A stretch of 29,763 bases of DNA from positions 1 through 29,763 of the IMG/VR virus record IMGVR_UViG_3300020352_000025. The stretch is one strand, 5' to 3'. The stretch's first letter is position 1. Every line of letters starts with the position of its first letter. Shown one piece after another: positions 1 through 8,924 of the stretch. A model generated the notes under the pieces. That model made no database searches. It was not told the origin of the DNA and was given only the letters and a program-made list of their open reading frames with translations. The translations under genes and the position numbers were made by a program. Origin of the DNA: a virus (lineage: Duplodnaviria > Caudoviricetes).

Positions 1-879
1 GAACAAGAAGGCTATAAGGACGGATTCGAAGACGCTAAAGACGACATCGAAAAAGAACTTAAATCTATGAAAGTATCTGAAGAAAAATCTGATGACGACA
101 AAATGGAAGAAGCTAAAAAAGCTGACGACAAAGATGAAGTTAAAGAGGATGCTAGAACAGATGCGGAAGAAGAAGGCTATAAAGATGGCATGAAGGACGA
201 AAAAGAAGACATGATGGATGACAAAGACGACGAGGAAATTGACCTCGAAGATATGTCAGAAGATGACTTAAAAGGATTCATTGAGGATGTTATTAAAGAT
301 TTAGTAACAGACGGAACAATTGAAGCTGGCGAAGATTTCGAAGAGGAAGACATGATTGATGATGTTGAAGTAGAGGATTCTGTTGATGTTGATGTTGAAA
401 TTGATGAAGCGAAAGCTGATGACGACAAAGACAAAATGGAAGAAGCTAGCAGAGTAAAAGGTGAAAAAGGTGTTGGAAACGAAGATGGAGACAAAGATGA
501 CTCCAAAACCGAAAAAGAGACCGAAAAAATGAGATTCAAAGAAGCAATTGATGAAATTAATGAGCTTAAAAAAGAATTAAATGAAGTAAACCTTTTAAAC
601 GCTAAATTACTTTACACAAACAAAGTATTCAAGTCTAAAAACTTATCTGAAGACAAAAAAGTTAAAGTGCTTAAAGCATTTGACAAAGCGTCAACAGTAA
701 AAGAAGCTAAAGTTATTTTTGATACATTAAACGAAGGTTTAGTATCAAAATCAGAAACTCCTGCAAGGCCAAAAGGTAGTGCATCTAGAGCAACTGGGGC
801 AATAACAGAAGCTAAAAAACCAATTATAGAAAGCAATGATGTATACAATCGTATGCGTAAACTTGCTGGACTAATTTAA
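1..879 (+). CDS. Prohead core scaffolding protein (T4 gp22-like), 5'-truncated
   Basis: The frame is open from base 1 (EQEGYKDGFEDAK...), so the true start lies upstream of the window. Very acidic low-complexity region, then a coiled coil (IDEINELKKELNEVNLLNAKLLY) and C-terminal RMRKLAGLI. Lies directly upstream of the major capsid gene. Confidence 0.75.
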   Translation, partial: EQEGYKDGFEDAKDDIEKELKSMKVSEEKSDDDKMEEAKKADDKDEVKEDARTDAEEEGYKDGMKDEKEDMMDDKDDEEIDLEDMSEDDLKGFIEDVIKDLVTDGTIEAGEDFEEEDMIDDVEVEDSVDVDVEIDEAKADDDKDKMEEASRVKGEKGVGNEDGDKDDSKTEKETEKMRFKEAIDEINELKKELNEVNLLNAKLLYTNKVFKSKNLSEDKKVKVLKAFDKASTVKEAKVIFDTLNEGLVSKSETPARPKGSASRATGAITEAKKPIIESNDVYNRMRKLAGLI

Positions 880-914
880 AAAATAATTAATTAACCCTAT
901 TAAAACTTAAAAAA

Positions 915-2558
915 ATGAGCTTAAATACTCTTTTAGAAAGCGCAAACCCATACCACTCTATGCAGAGTGACGCAGCCAAATTGGCATCGAAATGGGAAAA
1001 AACAGGTTTATTAGAAGGTTTACAAGGAGCAAATAAATCCAATATGGGTATTATTCTTGAAAACCAAGCTAAACAACTTGTAGTAGAAGAATCCAACACC
1101 GGAGGTGGTGCTGGATCAGGTACTTTTACAGCAGGAACAGGTGCCCAATGGGCAGGTGTTGCTTTACCATTAGTAAGAAAAGTATTTGGTCAAATTGCAG
1201 CGAAAGAATTCGTTAGCGTTCAACCAATGAACTTACCTTCTGGTCTTGTATTTTACCTAGATTTCCAATATGGAAGTGATAAAACTCCATTTGCAAACAA
1301 TGAATCATTATACGGTAATGCCGGAACTAACCCATCAACAGCTCCTTTCGGGAACACTAACGAAGGTGGATTATATGGTGAAGGAAGATACGGATATTCA
1401 ATCAATTCAACAGGTTCTGTTATTGCTATTGGTGATGCCACTGTAGGTGCAGCCCATCATTCTTCAGTTAATTTTAATTCAGCATTTTCGCAATCTGTAG
1501 AGGATGGTACCGTAGTTACGGCTTCTATACTTGCTGCTGCTTTAGATGAAAATTTTGATGCTGAAGCAATTAGAAGTTTCTATTTAGTAGGTGCAAATGC
1601 TCCTGCCGTAACGGAACAATACCCACAATTTACTAAGTTTAATGGTGATGGAACAAGAATAGAATTTGTTATTGATGCAGGTACTCTTGATCCTGCTGTA
1701 GCATCTGCTATAACTTATTCATTACAAACTCTAGATAATGAAAGAGGTGATTTTGAAGACGGAAACACTAACTTAAATGGTAATAATGACCCAATCGTAA
1801 TTCCAGAAATCAATGTACAGATGCAATCATCTGCTATCGTTGCTAAAACTAGAAAATTGAAAGCTGTTTGGACTCCTGAGTTCGCTCAAGATCTTAACGC
1901 TTATCATGCTCTAGATGCTGAAGCTGAATTAACTTCTATCTTAAGTGAGTACATTTCATTAGAAATTGACTTAGAAATTTTAGATATGTTAGTTGAATCT
2001 GCTGCTGCTGGAACGGAAGTATGGTCAGCTGTGAATAACGAATCTATTGTTGATAATGGTACTACAGGTATTGTTTCAAACTTAGGATTTTATAATTCTC
2101 AAGGACAGTGGTTCCAAACTTTAGGAACTAAAATGCAAAAATTAAGTAACGCTATCCACCAGAAAACTTTACGTGGTGGTGCTAACTTTATGGTAATTTC
2201 TCCTGCAATCGGAACAATCCTAGAATCAATTCCAGGATATGCTGCTGATTCTGATGGTGATGTATCTAAAGCTACTTATGCATTTGGTGTACAAAAAGTT
2301 GGATCATTCAACGGAAGATTTAAAGTGTACAAAAATCCATATATGACATCTAATCAGATTCTAATGGGCTTTAGAGGTTCACAATTCCTTGAAACTGGTG
2401 CTGTTTTTGCTCCATATATTCCATTAATCATGACTCCTCTAGTATACGATCCATCTACCTTTACTCCAAGAAAAGGATTGATGACTCGTTACGCTAAGAA
2501 AATGGTACGTCCTGAATTCTATGGTAAGATTATGGTTAGCGGTCTTGATACTCTATAG
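915..2558 (+). CDS. Major capsid protein, T4 gp23-like
   Basis: 547 aa with gp23 hallmark motifs: KWEKTGLLEG, ILENQ, LPLVRKVF, VQPMNLPSGLVFYL, AKTRKLKAVWTPEFAQDL.AYH.LDAEAEL, APYIPL, FTPRKGLMTRY. Confidence 0.97.
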   Translation: MSLNTLLESANPYHSMQSDAAKLASKWEKTGLLEGLQGANKSNMGIILENQAKQLVVEESNTGGGAGSGTFTAGTGAQWAGVALPLVRKVFGQIAAKEFVSVQPMNLPSGLVFYLDFQYGSDKTPFANNESLYGNAGTNPSTAPFGNTNEGGLYGEGRYGYSINSTGSVIAIGDATVGAAHHSSVNFNSAFSQSVEDGTVVTASILAAALDENFDAEAIRSFYLVGANAPAVTEQYPQFTKFNGDGTRIEFVIDAGTLDPAVASAITYSLQTLDNERGDFEDGNTNLNGNNDPIVIPEINVQMQSSAIVAKTRKLKAVWTPEFAQDLNAYHALDAEAELTSILSEYISLEIDLEILDMLVESAAAGTEVWSAVNNESIVDNGTTGIVSNLGFYNSQGQWFQTLGTKMQKLSNAIHQKTLRGGANFMVISPAIGTILESIPGYAADSDGDVSKATYAFGVQKVGSFNGRFKVYKNPYMTSNQILMGFRGSQFLETGAVFAPYIPLIMTPLVYDPSTFTPRKGLMTRYAKKMVRPEFYGKIMVSGLDTL

Positions 2559-2587
2559 TATTTAGATTAACATAATTTAATAAAATT

Positions 2588-2620
2588 AACCCGGTCTTTG
2601 ACCGGGTTTTTTTTTGTTTT
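2588..2620 (+). terminator. Rho-independent terminator after major capsid gene
   Basis: Stem AACCCGGTC (2588-2596), loop TTT, stem GACCGGGTT (2600-2608), followed by a long T run. Confidence 0.9.
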
Positions 2621-2622
2621 CT

Positions 2623-2637
2623 ATATGTATAATAAAA
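2623..2637 (+). promoter_or_regulatory. Putative late promoter motif ATATGTATAATAAAA
   Basis: Copy of the recurring intergenic motif ATATKTATAAYAAAA, immediately after the terminator. Confidence 0.7.
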
Positions 2638-2755
2638 TGCGTTATATTAAAACTATATTTATCTCATTATATAGCTATATTAGAATTCAACGGTTTTTTA
2701 ACGTATTTACTACAGTTTTATTCACTAAATATGTAATCCCTAATTTCAAGAATTT

Positions 2756-3493
2756 ATGGCAAGTAAACCCCATACGGACGATGTTTATCGTCCTAAGAGA
2801 ATTCCTAAAAACCCAATTAAGTTCAAACTCCAACTTAATGATGAACAAAAAGACGCTAAAAAACACATCCTGGAAAATACAATTACCCTCTTGGGAGGGG
2901 GTGCAGGTAGTGGAAAAACATTACTTGCATGTAATGTTGCCCTAGATGGTCTATTACGAAGACAATATGATAAAATAATAATAACCAGGCCTACTGTATC
3001 AAAAGAAGAAATAGGATTTTTACCCGGTGATTTAAGAGAAAAAATGGATCCTTGGGTTCAACCTATTTATCAAAACTTCTTTGCTTTATACGATAAAGTT
3101 AAAATTGAAAAACTAATAAATGATGGTAAAATAGAAATTGTACCAGTATCATTTATGAGAGGTAGAACATTTATGGATTCAATGATTATTGTTGATGAAG
3201 CACAAAATGTTACCCATGAGCAAATGGAAATGATTACATCTCGTATTGGTTTAAGAAGTAAAATGATGATATGTGGAGACGCACATCAAACAGATCTTAA
3301 AAAGAAAGCAGATTCTGGGTTTAAATTTTTATATACAGCGGCAAGAAAAATTAAAAATTTAGAGGCAATAACATTAACCACCAACCATAGAAATGAAATA
3401 GTTGAAGACTTACTAGATTATTACAATGAAGCTATAGATAAAGGAGCAAGCATTACTATTTCTGGCTCATATACTTATAATAATAAGAATTAA
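2756..3493 (+). CDS. phoH: PhoH-family ATPase
   Basis: Walker A GGAGSGKT, plus ITRP, IGFLPGDLREKMDPW, FMRGRT, VDEAQN and GDAHQTD motifs. Confidence 0.95.
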   Translation: MASKPHTDDVYRPKRIPKNPIKFKLQLNDEQKDAKKHILENTITLLGGGAGSGKTLLACNVALDGLLRRQYDKIIITRPTVSKEEIGFLPGDLREKMDPWVQPIYQNFFALYDKVKIEKLINDGKIEIVPVSFMRGRTFMDSMIIVDEAQNVTHEQMEMITSRIGLRSKMMICGDAHQTDLKKKADSGFKFLYTAARKIKNLEAITLTTNHRNEIVEDLLDYYNEAIDKGASITISGSYTYNNKN

Positions 3494-3497
3494 TATC

Positions 3498-3512
3498 ATA
3501 TTTATAATAAAA
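3498..3512 (+). promoter_or_regulatory. Putative late promoter motif ATATTTATAATAAAA
   Basis: Motif copy ending 5 nt before the ATG at 3518. Confidence 0.7.
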
Positions 3513-3517
3513 ATATA

Positions 3518-4060
3518 ATGGGAAAATGTGTAACTAGTGGATCTTTAAAAGTTCTTATACAAGAAAGTATAAGATTACCAAATAAAAATGAAGAGGTTTG
3601 TATTAATGAAGTTATAATTCCAGATGTAAATCAAATTGTAAGAAGAGTAGATACAATTACAACTACATTTAGTGGTAGTGGAATTGAAATTTTAAGATTT
3701 GTTGACTCCGAAGAACAACAAACCGCAGGTTCATTTGTAAGAGATACTGTTAAGTATATGAGATTTACTAACTTATGTGATCATCATTATTGTTCCCTTT
3801 ATGTAATACAAGATAGTCCTAATGCCCAAAATCCAAATACAACTGATTTTGGTTCAGGTGATGATGGTTTATTTAGGTTAGACCCAGGTAAATCAATGGT
3901 ATTTTCTAATGGGCAATTTGATAGTAATAACTATTATGATTATGTTGTAGAAGGATATGTTGATGAGCAATACATTGGTGGTTTTGCTTCGTTATCTTTA
4001 ATAAAAGCAAAGGCAGACACTGAAGATGTTCAAATAGAATATTTTGTAGCTTCTTCTTAA
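3518..4060 (+). CDS. Hypothetical protein, probably virion structural (beta-rich)
   Basis: 180 aa ORF with its own late motif, located in the head/neck cluster. No catalytic motif recognised. Confidence 0.6.
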   Translation: MGKCVTSGSLKVLIQESIRLPNKNEEVCINEVIIPDVNQIVRRVDTITTTFSGSGIEILRFVDSEEQQTAGSFVRDTVKYMRFTNLCDHHYCSLYVIQDSPNAQNPNTTDFGSGDDGLFRLDPGKSMVFSNGQFDSNNYYDYVVEGYVDEQYIGGFASLSLIKAKADTEDVQIEYFVASS

Positions 4061-4074
4061 TATTTATAATAAAA
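4060..4074 (+). promoter_or_regulatory. Putative late promoter motif ATATTTATAATAAAA
   Basis: Motif copy overlapping the upstream stop codon, ahead of the ATG at 4092. Confidence 0.7.
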
Positions 4075-4091
4075 TTAAATTAAAATAAAAA

Positions 4092-4667
4092 ATGGCATTA
4101 ACTTATAGATCAGTAAAAGGTTCAGCATTAACAATAACTGAATTAGATGATAATTTTAGACACTTTACTTCATCCCATTCCATAACAGCATCTGCGGAAC
4201 CTGTTATAATTTCAGGTTCTAATGTTAACAACATAGTCTTAGAAACAACAGGCTCAGTAGGAATAACTGGAAGTTTAGTAGTAAATGGTAATTTATTAAT
4301 TACTGGAAGTATTATACCATCAGGTTCAGGAAATTTTAGTTTAGGTAATGCTGATAACTATTTTGAAGAACTATATTTATCTTATGATTCAATTGTATTT
4401 ATAAGTGGTTCAACTTCAAGTTCATTTGGTATTGACCCTTCAGGATCTCTATCAGGTTCATTTGATGGTGTTCTTACTGGCTCAGTATCTGGTTCATTTA
4501 CAGGAAGTGCAGATGTGACAGGTTCTTTATCTGGTTCATTTTCCGGATCAATTGATGGGACAGAATTTTACTTATATGGTCTCCCAACTGCAGAACCAAC
4601 AGAAACTGGAAGATTATGGCTATCAGGTAGTGCTTCTAACTCTAAATATTTAATGGTAAGAGATTAA
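4092..4667 (+). CDS. Fibre/decoration-like virion protein with [S/T]GS repeats
   Basis: N-terminal KGSALTITELDDNF resembles the attachment motif of phage fibre proteins. About 15 SGS/TGS tripeptides in 191 aa; C-terminal LPT.EP...GRLW motif. Confidence 0.65.
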   Translation: MALTYRSVKGSALTITELDDNFRHFTSSHSITASAEPVIISGSNVNNIVLETTGSVGITGSLVVNGNLLITGSIIPSGSGNFSLGNADNYFEELYLSYDSIVFISGSTSSSFGIDPSGSLSGSFDGVLTGSVSGSFTGSADVTGSLSGSFSGSIDGTEFYLYGLPTAEPTETGRLWLSGSASNSKYLMVRD

Positions 4668-4693
4668 AAATTATTTATTTACATAAAAAATTT

Positions 4694-4720
4694 AAGGACT
4701 CATATTGAGTCCTTTTTTTT
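4694..4720 (+). terminator. Rho-independent terminator
   Basis: Stem AAGGACTCA (4694-4702), loop TAT, stem TGAGTCCTT (4706-4714), T run to 4720. Confidence 0.88.
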
Positions 4721-4721
4721 C

Positions 4722-4736
4722 ATATTTATAACAAAA
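4722..4736 (+). promoter_or_regulatory. Putative late promoter motif ATATTTATAACAAAA
   Basis: Motif copy directly after the terminator, before the ATG at 4745. Confidence 0.7.
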
Positions 4737-4744
4737 CATAAATT

Positions 4745-5917
4745 ATGAATGTACCTATTTGGCCTGGTTCAAGTTCATTCTCACCTGGAGAAACACCTTT
4801 TGGCTTTTATGATAACGACCCTGAATTTAGAAGGGACGCAGATAAAGTAGCTGTTTTTTGTGCTAATAGAATGGGTTACCCCTTAGTTGATATTGAATTG
4901 CAATCTGGATCTTTTTACACAGCATTTGAAGAAGCAATAACTATTTATGGCAATGAAATATGGGCATATATAGTCAGAGATAATTTTTTAGATTTAGAAG
5001 GTATTTCTATATTTGATGAATTAAATGAAACTATCATTACTCCTAGTATGAAATCGATAGTTCGATTAACTCAACAGTATGCTGATGAAGCAGGAGTAGG
5101 GGGTACAATTCCTTGGTATTCGGGTTCATTTGATCTTGTTGATGGTGAACAAAATTATAGTTTTGAAACTTTTATGACAGCTAGTGGGTTTACAGGATCT
5201 GCGTACTCAGAGGGAATTGAAGTAAAAAGAGTATTTTGGCAACGCCCTATCCCTGCGTCAGCACAATATTTAGATCCTTATACAGGATTTGGATTTGGGG
5301 GTGCAATAGCAGCAGGACTAGTAGGTGTTGGTGGATTTGGGGGTGACATGGGGTACATGATGATGCCACTTAGTTATGATATGCAAGTTATTCAATCGAT
5401 TGAAATGAATGAAATGGTTAGGTGGGCAGACTATAGTTTTGAAATACATGCTAATGATTTAAAAGTATTCCCTATTCCTAGAAAAAGTGATACTGGAGGA
5501 AATGGGTTAGGTAAAATTTGGTTTCAATATATTTTTGAAAAAGATAGAGGGGGAGTTAAATGTGCTGCAGATCAAGTTAACAATGTAGGTAATGCTAATT
5601 TTAAAAATCCTAATTATAGATTAATTAATTCTATTGGCAGACAGTGGATATTTGAAATGACATTAGCTATTACTAAAGAAATGTTAGGATATGTTAGAGG
5701 TAAATATTCAAGCATACCAATTCCAAATTCTGAAGTTAATTTAAATCAACAAGATTTATTGGCAGCTGCTACAGCAGAAAAAACAGCTTTAATAGAAAGA
5801 TTAAGAGCTTATCTTGATGAAACTTCTAGAAAAGCCTTATTAGAAAGAAAAGCACAAGAAGCAGAATCTAAAATGGTTGAGTTACAACAAGTCCCTTGGA
5901 CAATTTATATAGGATAA
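4745..5917 (+). CDS. Neck/head-tail adaptor protein (T4 gp13-like)
   Basis: MGYPLVDIEL near the N-terminus and WIFEMTLAITKEMLGYVRGKY...IP near the C-terminus resemble gp13-type neck proteins. First of a gp13-14-15-like triad. Confidence 0.75.
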   Translation: MNVPIWPGSSSFSPGETPFGFYDNDPEFRRDADKVAVFCANRMGYPLVDIELQSGSFYTAFEEAITIYGNEIWAYIVRDNFLDLEGISIFDELNETIITPSMKSIVRLTQQYADEAGVGGTIPWYSGSFDLVDGEQNYSFETFMTASGFTGSAYSEGIEVKRVFWQRPIPASAQYLDPYTGFGFGGAIAAGLVGVGGFGGDMGYMMMPLSYDMQVIQSIEMNEMVRWADYSFEIHANDLKVFPIPRKSDTGGNGLGKIWFQYIFEKDRGGVKCAADQVNNVGNANFKNPNYRLINSIGRQWIFEMTLAITKEMLGYVRGKYSSIPIPNSEVNLNQQDLLAAATAEKTALIERLRAYLDETSRKALLERKAQEAESKMVELQQVPWTIYIG

Positions 5918-5918
5918 T

Positions 5919-6482
5919 ATGGCAATGTTTACAAGAGAGAGAGATGTTTCTTTAGTAAGACATCTGAATAGAGAACTAATGGGTAATATTATTACTCAAC
6001 AATGTGCCTTGTATCAATTTAAATTAGAAGAAACAAAAGTAAATATTTATGGAGAAGCAGCTGAAGCTAAATTTTATAATGGTCCTTTCTTATTCAATGT
6101 TTTAATAAATAGATCAAATCAAGAATATGGTGAAAATGAAGAAGGTATTCAATTTGGTCAACCTATAGATTTTTATTTCTTTAGAGATGATTTAAAGGCA
6201 GTCAGCCCAGAATATCCATATGGAAACCCAGATGAGGAAGTAGTCCCAGAAGTAGGAGATATTATATTGTACCAAGAAGGATATTATGGAGTTCAGAGTA
6301 CAGTAGCAAACCAATATTTTGGTGGAAAAAACCCAGATTACCCTAATAATAATTCGGATGGTACTCCAAACCCATTAAATCCAAACCTAGACCAATTTGG
6401 TAGTAATTTATCAATATTAGTTTCTACTTATTATATCCCAGCGGATAAAGTAGCAATTTCACCCTATATAGAAAGAATGTAA
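5919..6482 (+). CDS. Head closure/neck protein (T4 gp14-like)
   Basis: NIYGE and PEVGDII motifs; position after the gp13-like gene. Confidence 0.65.
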   Translation: MAMFTRERDVSLVRHLNRELMGNIITQQCALYQFKLEETKVNIYGEAAEAKFYNGPFLFNVLINRSNQEYGENEEGIQFGQPIDFYFFRDDLKAVSPEYPYGNPDEEVVPEVGDIILYQEGYYGVQSTVANQYFGGKNPDYPNNNSDGTPNPLNPNLDQFGSNLSILVSTYYIPADKVAISPYIERM

Positions 6483-7423
6483 TGAGTAAGATTAGAAAAC
6501 CAATTCCAAAAACCCAAAGGCAATTAAGTATTGAGCAACAAAAAGCTACTGATACTAGAAGAGGTAATCCTAATTCTACTATAAACCCAAATGAATCACA
6601 AACTGGTATATCTTTTAATAGATCAACTAAACTAAGCTTTAAAAATGACCCAGTAAAACCATTTTCTATTGGTATTCAAGACTTAGATGAAGCAGTATTT
6701 TATTATTTTAAAAATGTAATTAAACCTTTTGTATACCAAAATGGAGAAAGAAGAAATGTACCTGTAATATACGGAGCCCCAGAAAGATGGAAATCATTTC
6801 AGAGGGATGGGTATTATAGAGATAAAAAAGGTGCTATAATGTTACCTATTATTGTTTTAAAAAGAGATACCATATCAAAAGATAGATCTGTTTACAATAA
6901 ATTAGATGCTAACGGAGTTAATTTATATGGGTCATTTCAAAAGAAATATAGTCCTGATAATTTTTATAATAATTTTTCAGTGTTAAATAATAAAAAACCT
7001 GTAAAAGAACATTATGCTATTGCTGTCCCAGATTTTGTAACCCTAGAATATAGTGTACTTGTGCAAGCTTATTATATGGAACAATTAAATAAAATAATTG
7101 AAGCATGTGAATATGCATCTGATGCTTATTGGGGTAATCCTGAAAGATTTAAATTTAGAGCCTTTATAGATCAATTTACAACAGCAACAGAGCTAACAAC
7201 TGGTAAAGATAGATTAGTAAAAGGTACCTTTAATATACAATTAAGAGGTTATATCATACCTGATACTATTCAAAAAGAAATGAATTCAATTAACAAATGG
7301 AATAGTAAGTCTAAAGTTACAATTAATTTTGAAACAACAAGTAATAGTGATAATTTTAAACCTGGTGTCCAATCTATACCATCAGATAGAGAATTTCCTA
7401 ATGGTCAGACTAGACAAGAATAG
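6482..7423 (+). CDS. Tail completion/sheath terminator protein (T4 gp15-like)
   Basis: VPVIYGAPERW, LPII.L.R, P.FVTLEY and EQLNKIIE motifs; TAATG coupling with the previous gene; synteny. Confidence 0.7.
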   Translation: MSKIRKPIPKTQRQLSIEQQKATDTRRGNPNSTINPNESQTGISFNRSTKLSFKNDPVKPFSIGIQDLDEAVFYYFKNVIKPFVYQNGERRNVPVIYGAPERWKSFQRDGYYRDKKGAIMLPIIVLKRDTISKDRSVYNKLDANGVNLYGSFQKKYSPDNFYNNFSVLNNKKPVKEHYAIAVPDFVTLEYSVLVQAYYMEQLNKIIEACEYASDAYWGNPERFKFRAFIDQFTTATELTTGKDRLVKGTFNIQLRGYIIPDTIQKEMNSINKWNSKSKVTINFETTSNSDNFKPGVQSIPSDREFPNGQTRQE

Positions 7424-7455
7424 TTTGGATATTTAATAATAGTTATGTATATTAG
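7424..7455 (+). promoter_or_regulatory. Putative host-sigma (Bacteroidota-type -33/-7) promoter for the accessory cassette
   Basis: TTTG (7424-7427), 20-nt spacer, TATATTAG (7448-7455). One mismatch to the TTTG-N19-21-TAnnTTTG consensus. Confidence 0.6.
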
Positions 7456-7478
7456 AGTTATATTTAAAACAACGTTAT

Positions 7479-7991
7479 ATGATATATTGGTTTACAGGTC
7501 AACCTTGTTCAGGGAAGACTGTTTTAGCAAACATGCTTAAAGAAAAATATCTTCCCCATGCTTACCGCATAGATGGAGATGAAATGAGAGAATTATTTAC
7601 AAATAAAGATTATTCTATAAAAGGTAGAATAACTAATGTAGATGCAGCTCAAAAAATTGCACATTACTTACATAATCAGGGTAAAGATGTAATTGTATCT
7701 TTAGTTTCTCCTTATTTAGATCAAAGAGAAGAATTTAAGGATATAATGAAGTGGCAATTGCAAGAAATTTTTGTACATTATAATTTAGATGAGGGACTTA
7801 GAGGTAGAGAGAACTACCATGTTACACAATTTGGAAAACCGGATTTAGATTATATTGATATTGACACTACCTTTCATACCCCAGAAAAATCATTAGAGAT
7901 AATAGCTAAAAAAGTTGGTTTAGACGTAATATACCCCAAAGGATCATTATTAAATGAATTACCACCTTCAGATTATCAATTAGATAACTAA
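7479..7991 (+). CDS. cysC: Adenylyl-sulfate (APS) kinase
   Basis: YWFTGQPCSGKT P-loop, IDGDEMR, DYSIKGRITNV and VIVSLVSPY..RE, all typical of CysC. Confidence 0.88.
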   Translation: MIYWFTGQPCSGKTVLANMLKEKYLPHAYRIDGDEMRELFTNKDYSIKGRITNVDAAQKIAHYLHNQGKDVIVSLVSPYLDQREEFKDIMKWQLQEIFVHYNLDEGLRGRENYHVTQFGKPDLDYIDIDTTFHTPEKSLEIIAKKVGLDVIYPKGSLLNELPPSDYQLDN

Positions 7992-7992
7992 T

Positions 7993-8331
7993 ATGGAGAA
8001 AAAAAATACATACTTTTGTGATATAGATGGTACTATATTTAAATATCGCAAATTCGAAACATATGAAACTACAAAAGCTGAAGGGATAAAATCTACTATA
8101 GATTATTTAGATAAAGCAGCAAGTAAGGGACATATGATAATTTTAACCACAGCTCGTCCTGAATATCTTAGGATGCATACTGAAATAGAATTACATGAAA
8201 ATTATGTTCCTTATGATAGATTAATTATGGGGATCGAAAGAGGACCTCGTTACCTTATAAATGATATGGATCCAAATAAACCTGGAGAAAGAGCAATAGC
8301 AATAAACTTAATAAGAAATAATGGAATTTAA
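7993..8331 (+). CDS. Small capless HAD-superfamily phosphatase
   Basis: Motif I FCDIDGT, motif II LTTAR, C-terminal YLIND; 112 aa. Confidence 0.8.
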   Translation: MEKKNTYFCDIDGTIFKYRKFETYETTKAEGIKSTIDYLDKAASKGHMIILTTARPEYLRMHTEIELHENYVPYDRLIMGIERGPRYLINDMDPNKPGERAIAINLIRNNGI

Positions 8332-8719
8332 AGCAAAAGCGGACAAAGAGTCTTCATCATCAGAAGTAAAGTATTCATTTTTTGCTGGTAGATGGCAACC
8401 TTTACATAAAGGACATTTATGGCTAATTAATGAAAGATTAAAACAAGGATACAATGTTTGGTTAGGAATTAGAGATGTTAAACCAGATGAAAAAAATCCA
8501 TGGACAGCAGAACAAATATTAGAAATGGTAAAAGAAGGTGAATTAAAAGAACTTATCAAAGAAGGTAAAGTTCTTCCTACTATTATACCAGATATAGAAT
8601 CTATTAATTATGGTAGAGGAGTTGGGTATGATATTATTGAACATATACCTCCTACAGAAATAGGAGATATATCAGCAACTTCTATTAGAAAACAAATGAA
8701 AAAAGATGGTAAGTTATAA
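8321..8719 (+). CDS. HIGH-superfamily (cytidylyltransferase-like) nucleotidyltransferase; candidate minimal ATP sulfurylase
   Basis: GRWQPLHKGH (HxGH), NPW and C-terminal ISATSIRK motifs. The sulfurylase role is inferred from context only. Confidence 0.8.
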   Translation: MEFKAKADKESSSSEVKYSFFAGRWQPLHKGHLWLINERLKQGYNVWLGIRDVKPDEKNPWTAEQILEMVKEGELKELIKEGKVLPTIIPDIESINYGRGVGYDIIEHIPPTEIGDISATSIRKQMKKDGKL

Positions 8720-8924
8720 AAGACACATTGCAAAAACAGTTTCATGGAGGATAATAGGATCAATAGATACAGTAGTAATCTCAGGATTAATAACAGGTTC
8801 TTGGGAAGCGGGTTTAGCTATAGGGGGAATAGAAATTTTTTCTAAAATGGTGCTGTACTTTTTACACGAAAGACTTTGGTATAAATTTAGTAAATTTGGG
8901 TTAAATGGCAAAACAAAAACCTAA
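8706..8924 (+). CDS. DUF2061-like small membrane protein
   Basis: SYKRHIAKTVSWRIIG.IDT...E...KMVLYFLHERLW pattern with two hydrophobic segments. Confidence 0.8.
   Translation: MVSYKRHIAKTVSWRIIGSIDTVVISGLITGSWEAGLAIGGIEIFSKMVLYFLHERLWYKFSKFGLNGKTKT

Noticed and set aside
2598-2945. 115-aa + strand ORF overlapping phoH
   Set aside because: It starts inside the terminator loop, overlaps phoH out of frame by 190 nt and has no recognisable motif. Retained only as a possible uORF in the leader finding.
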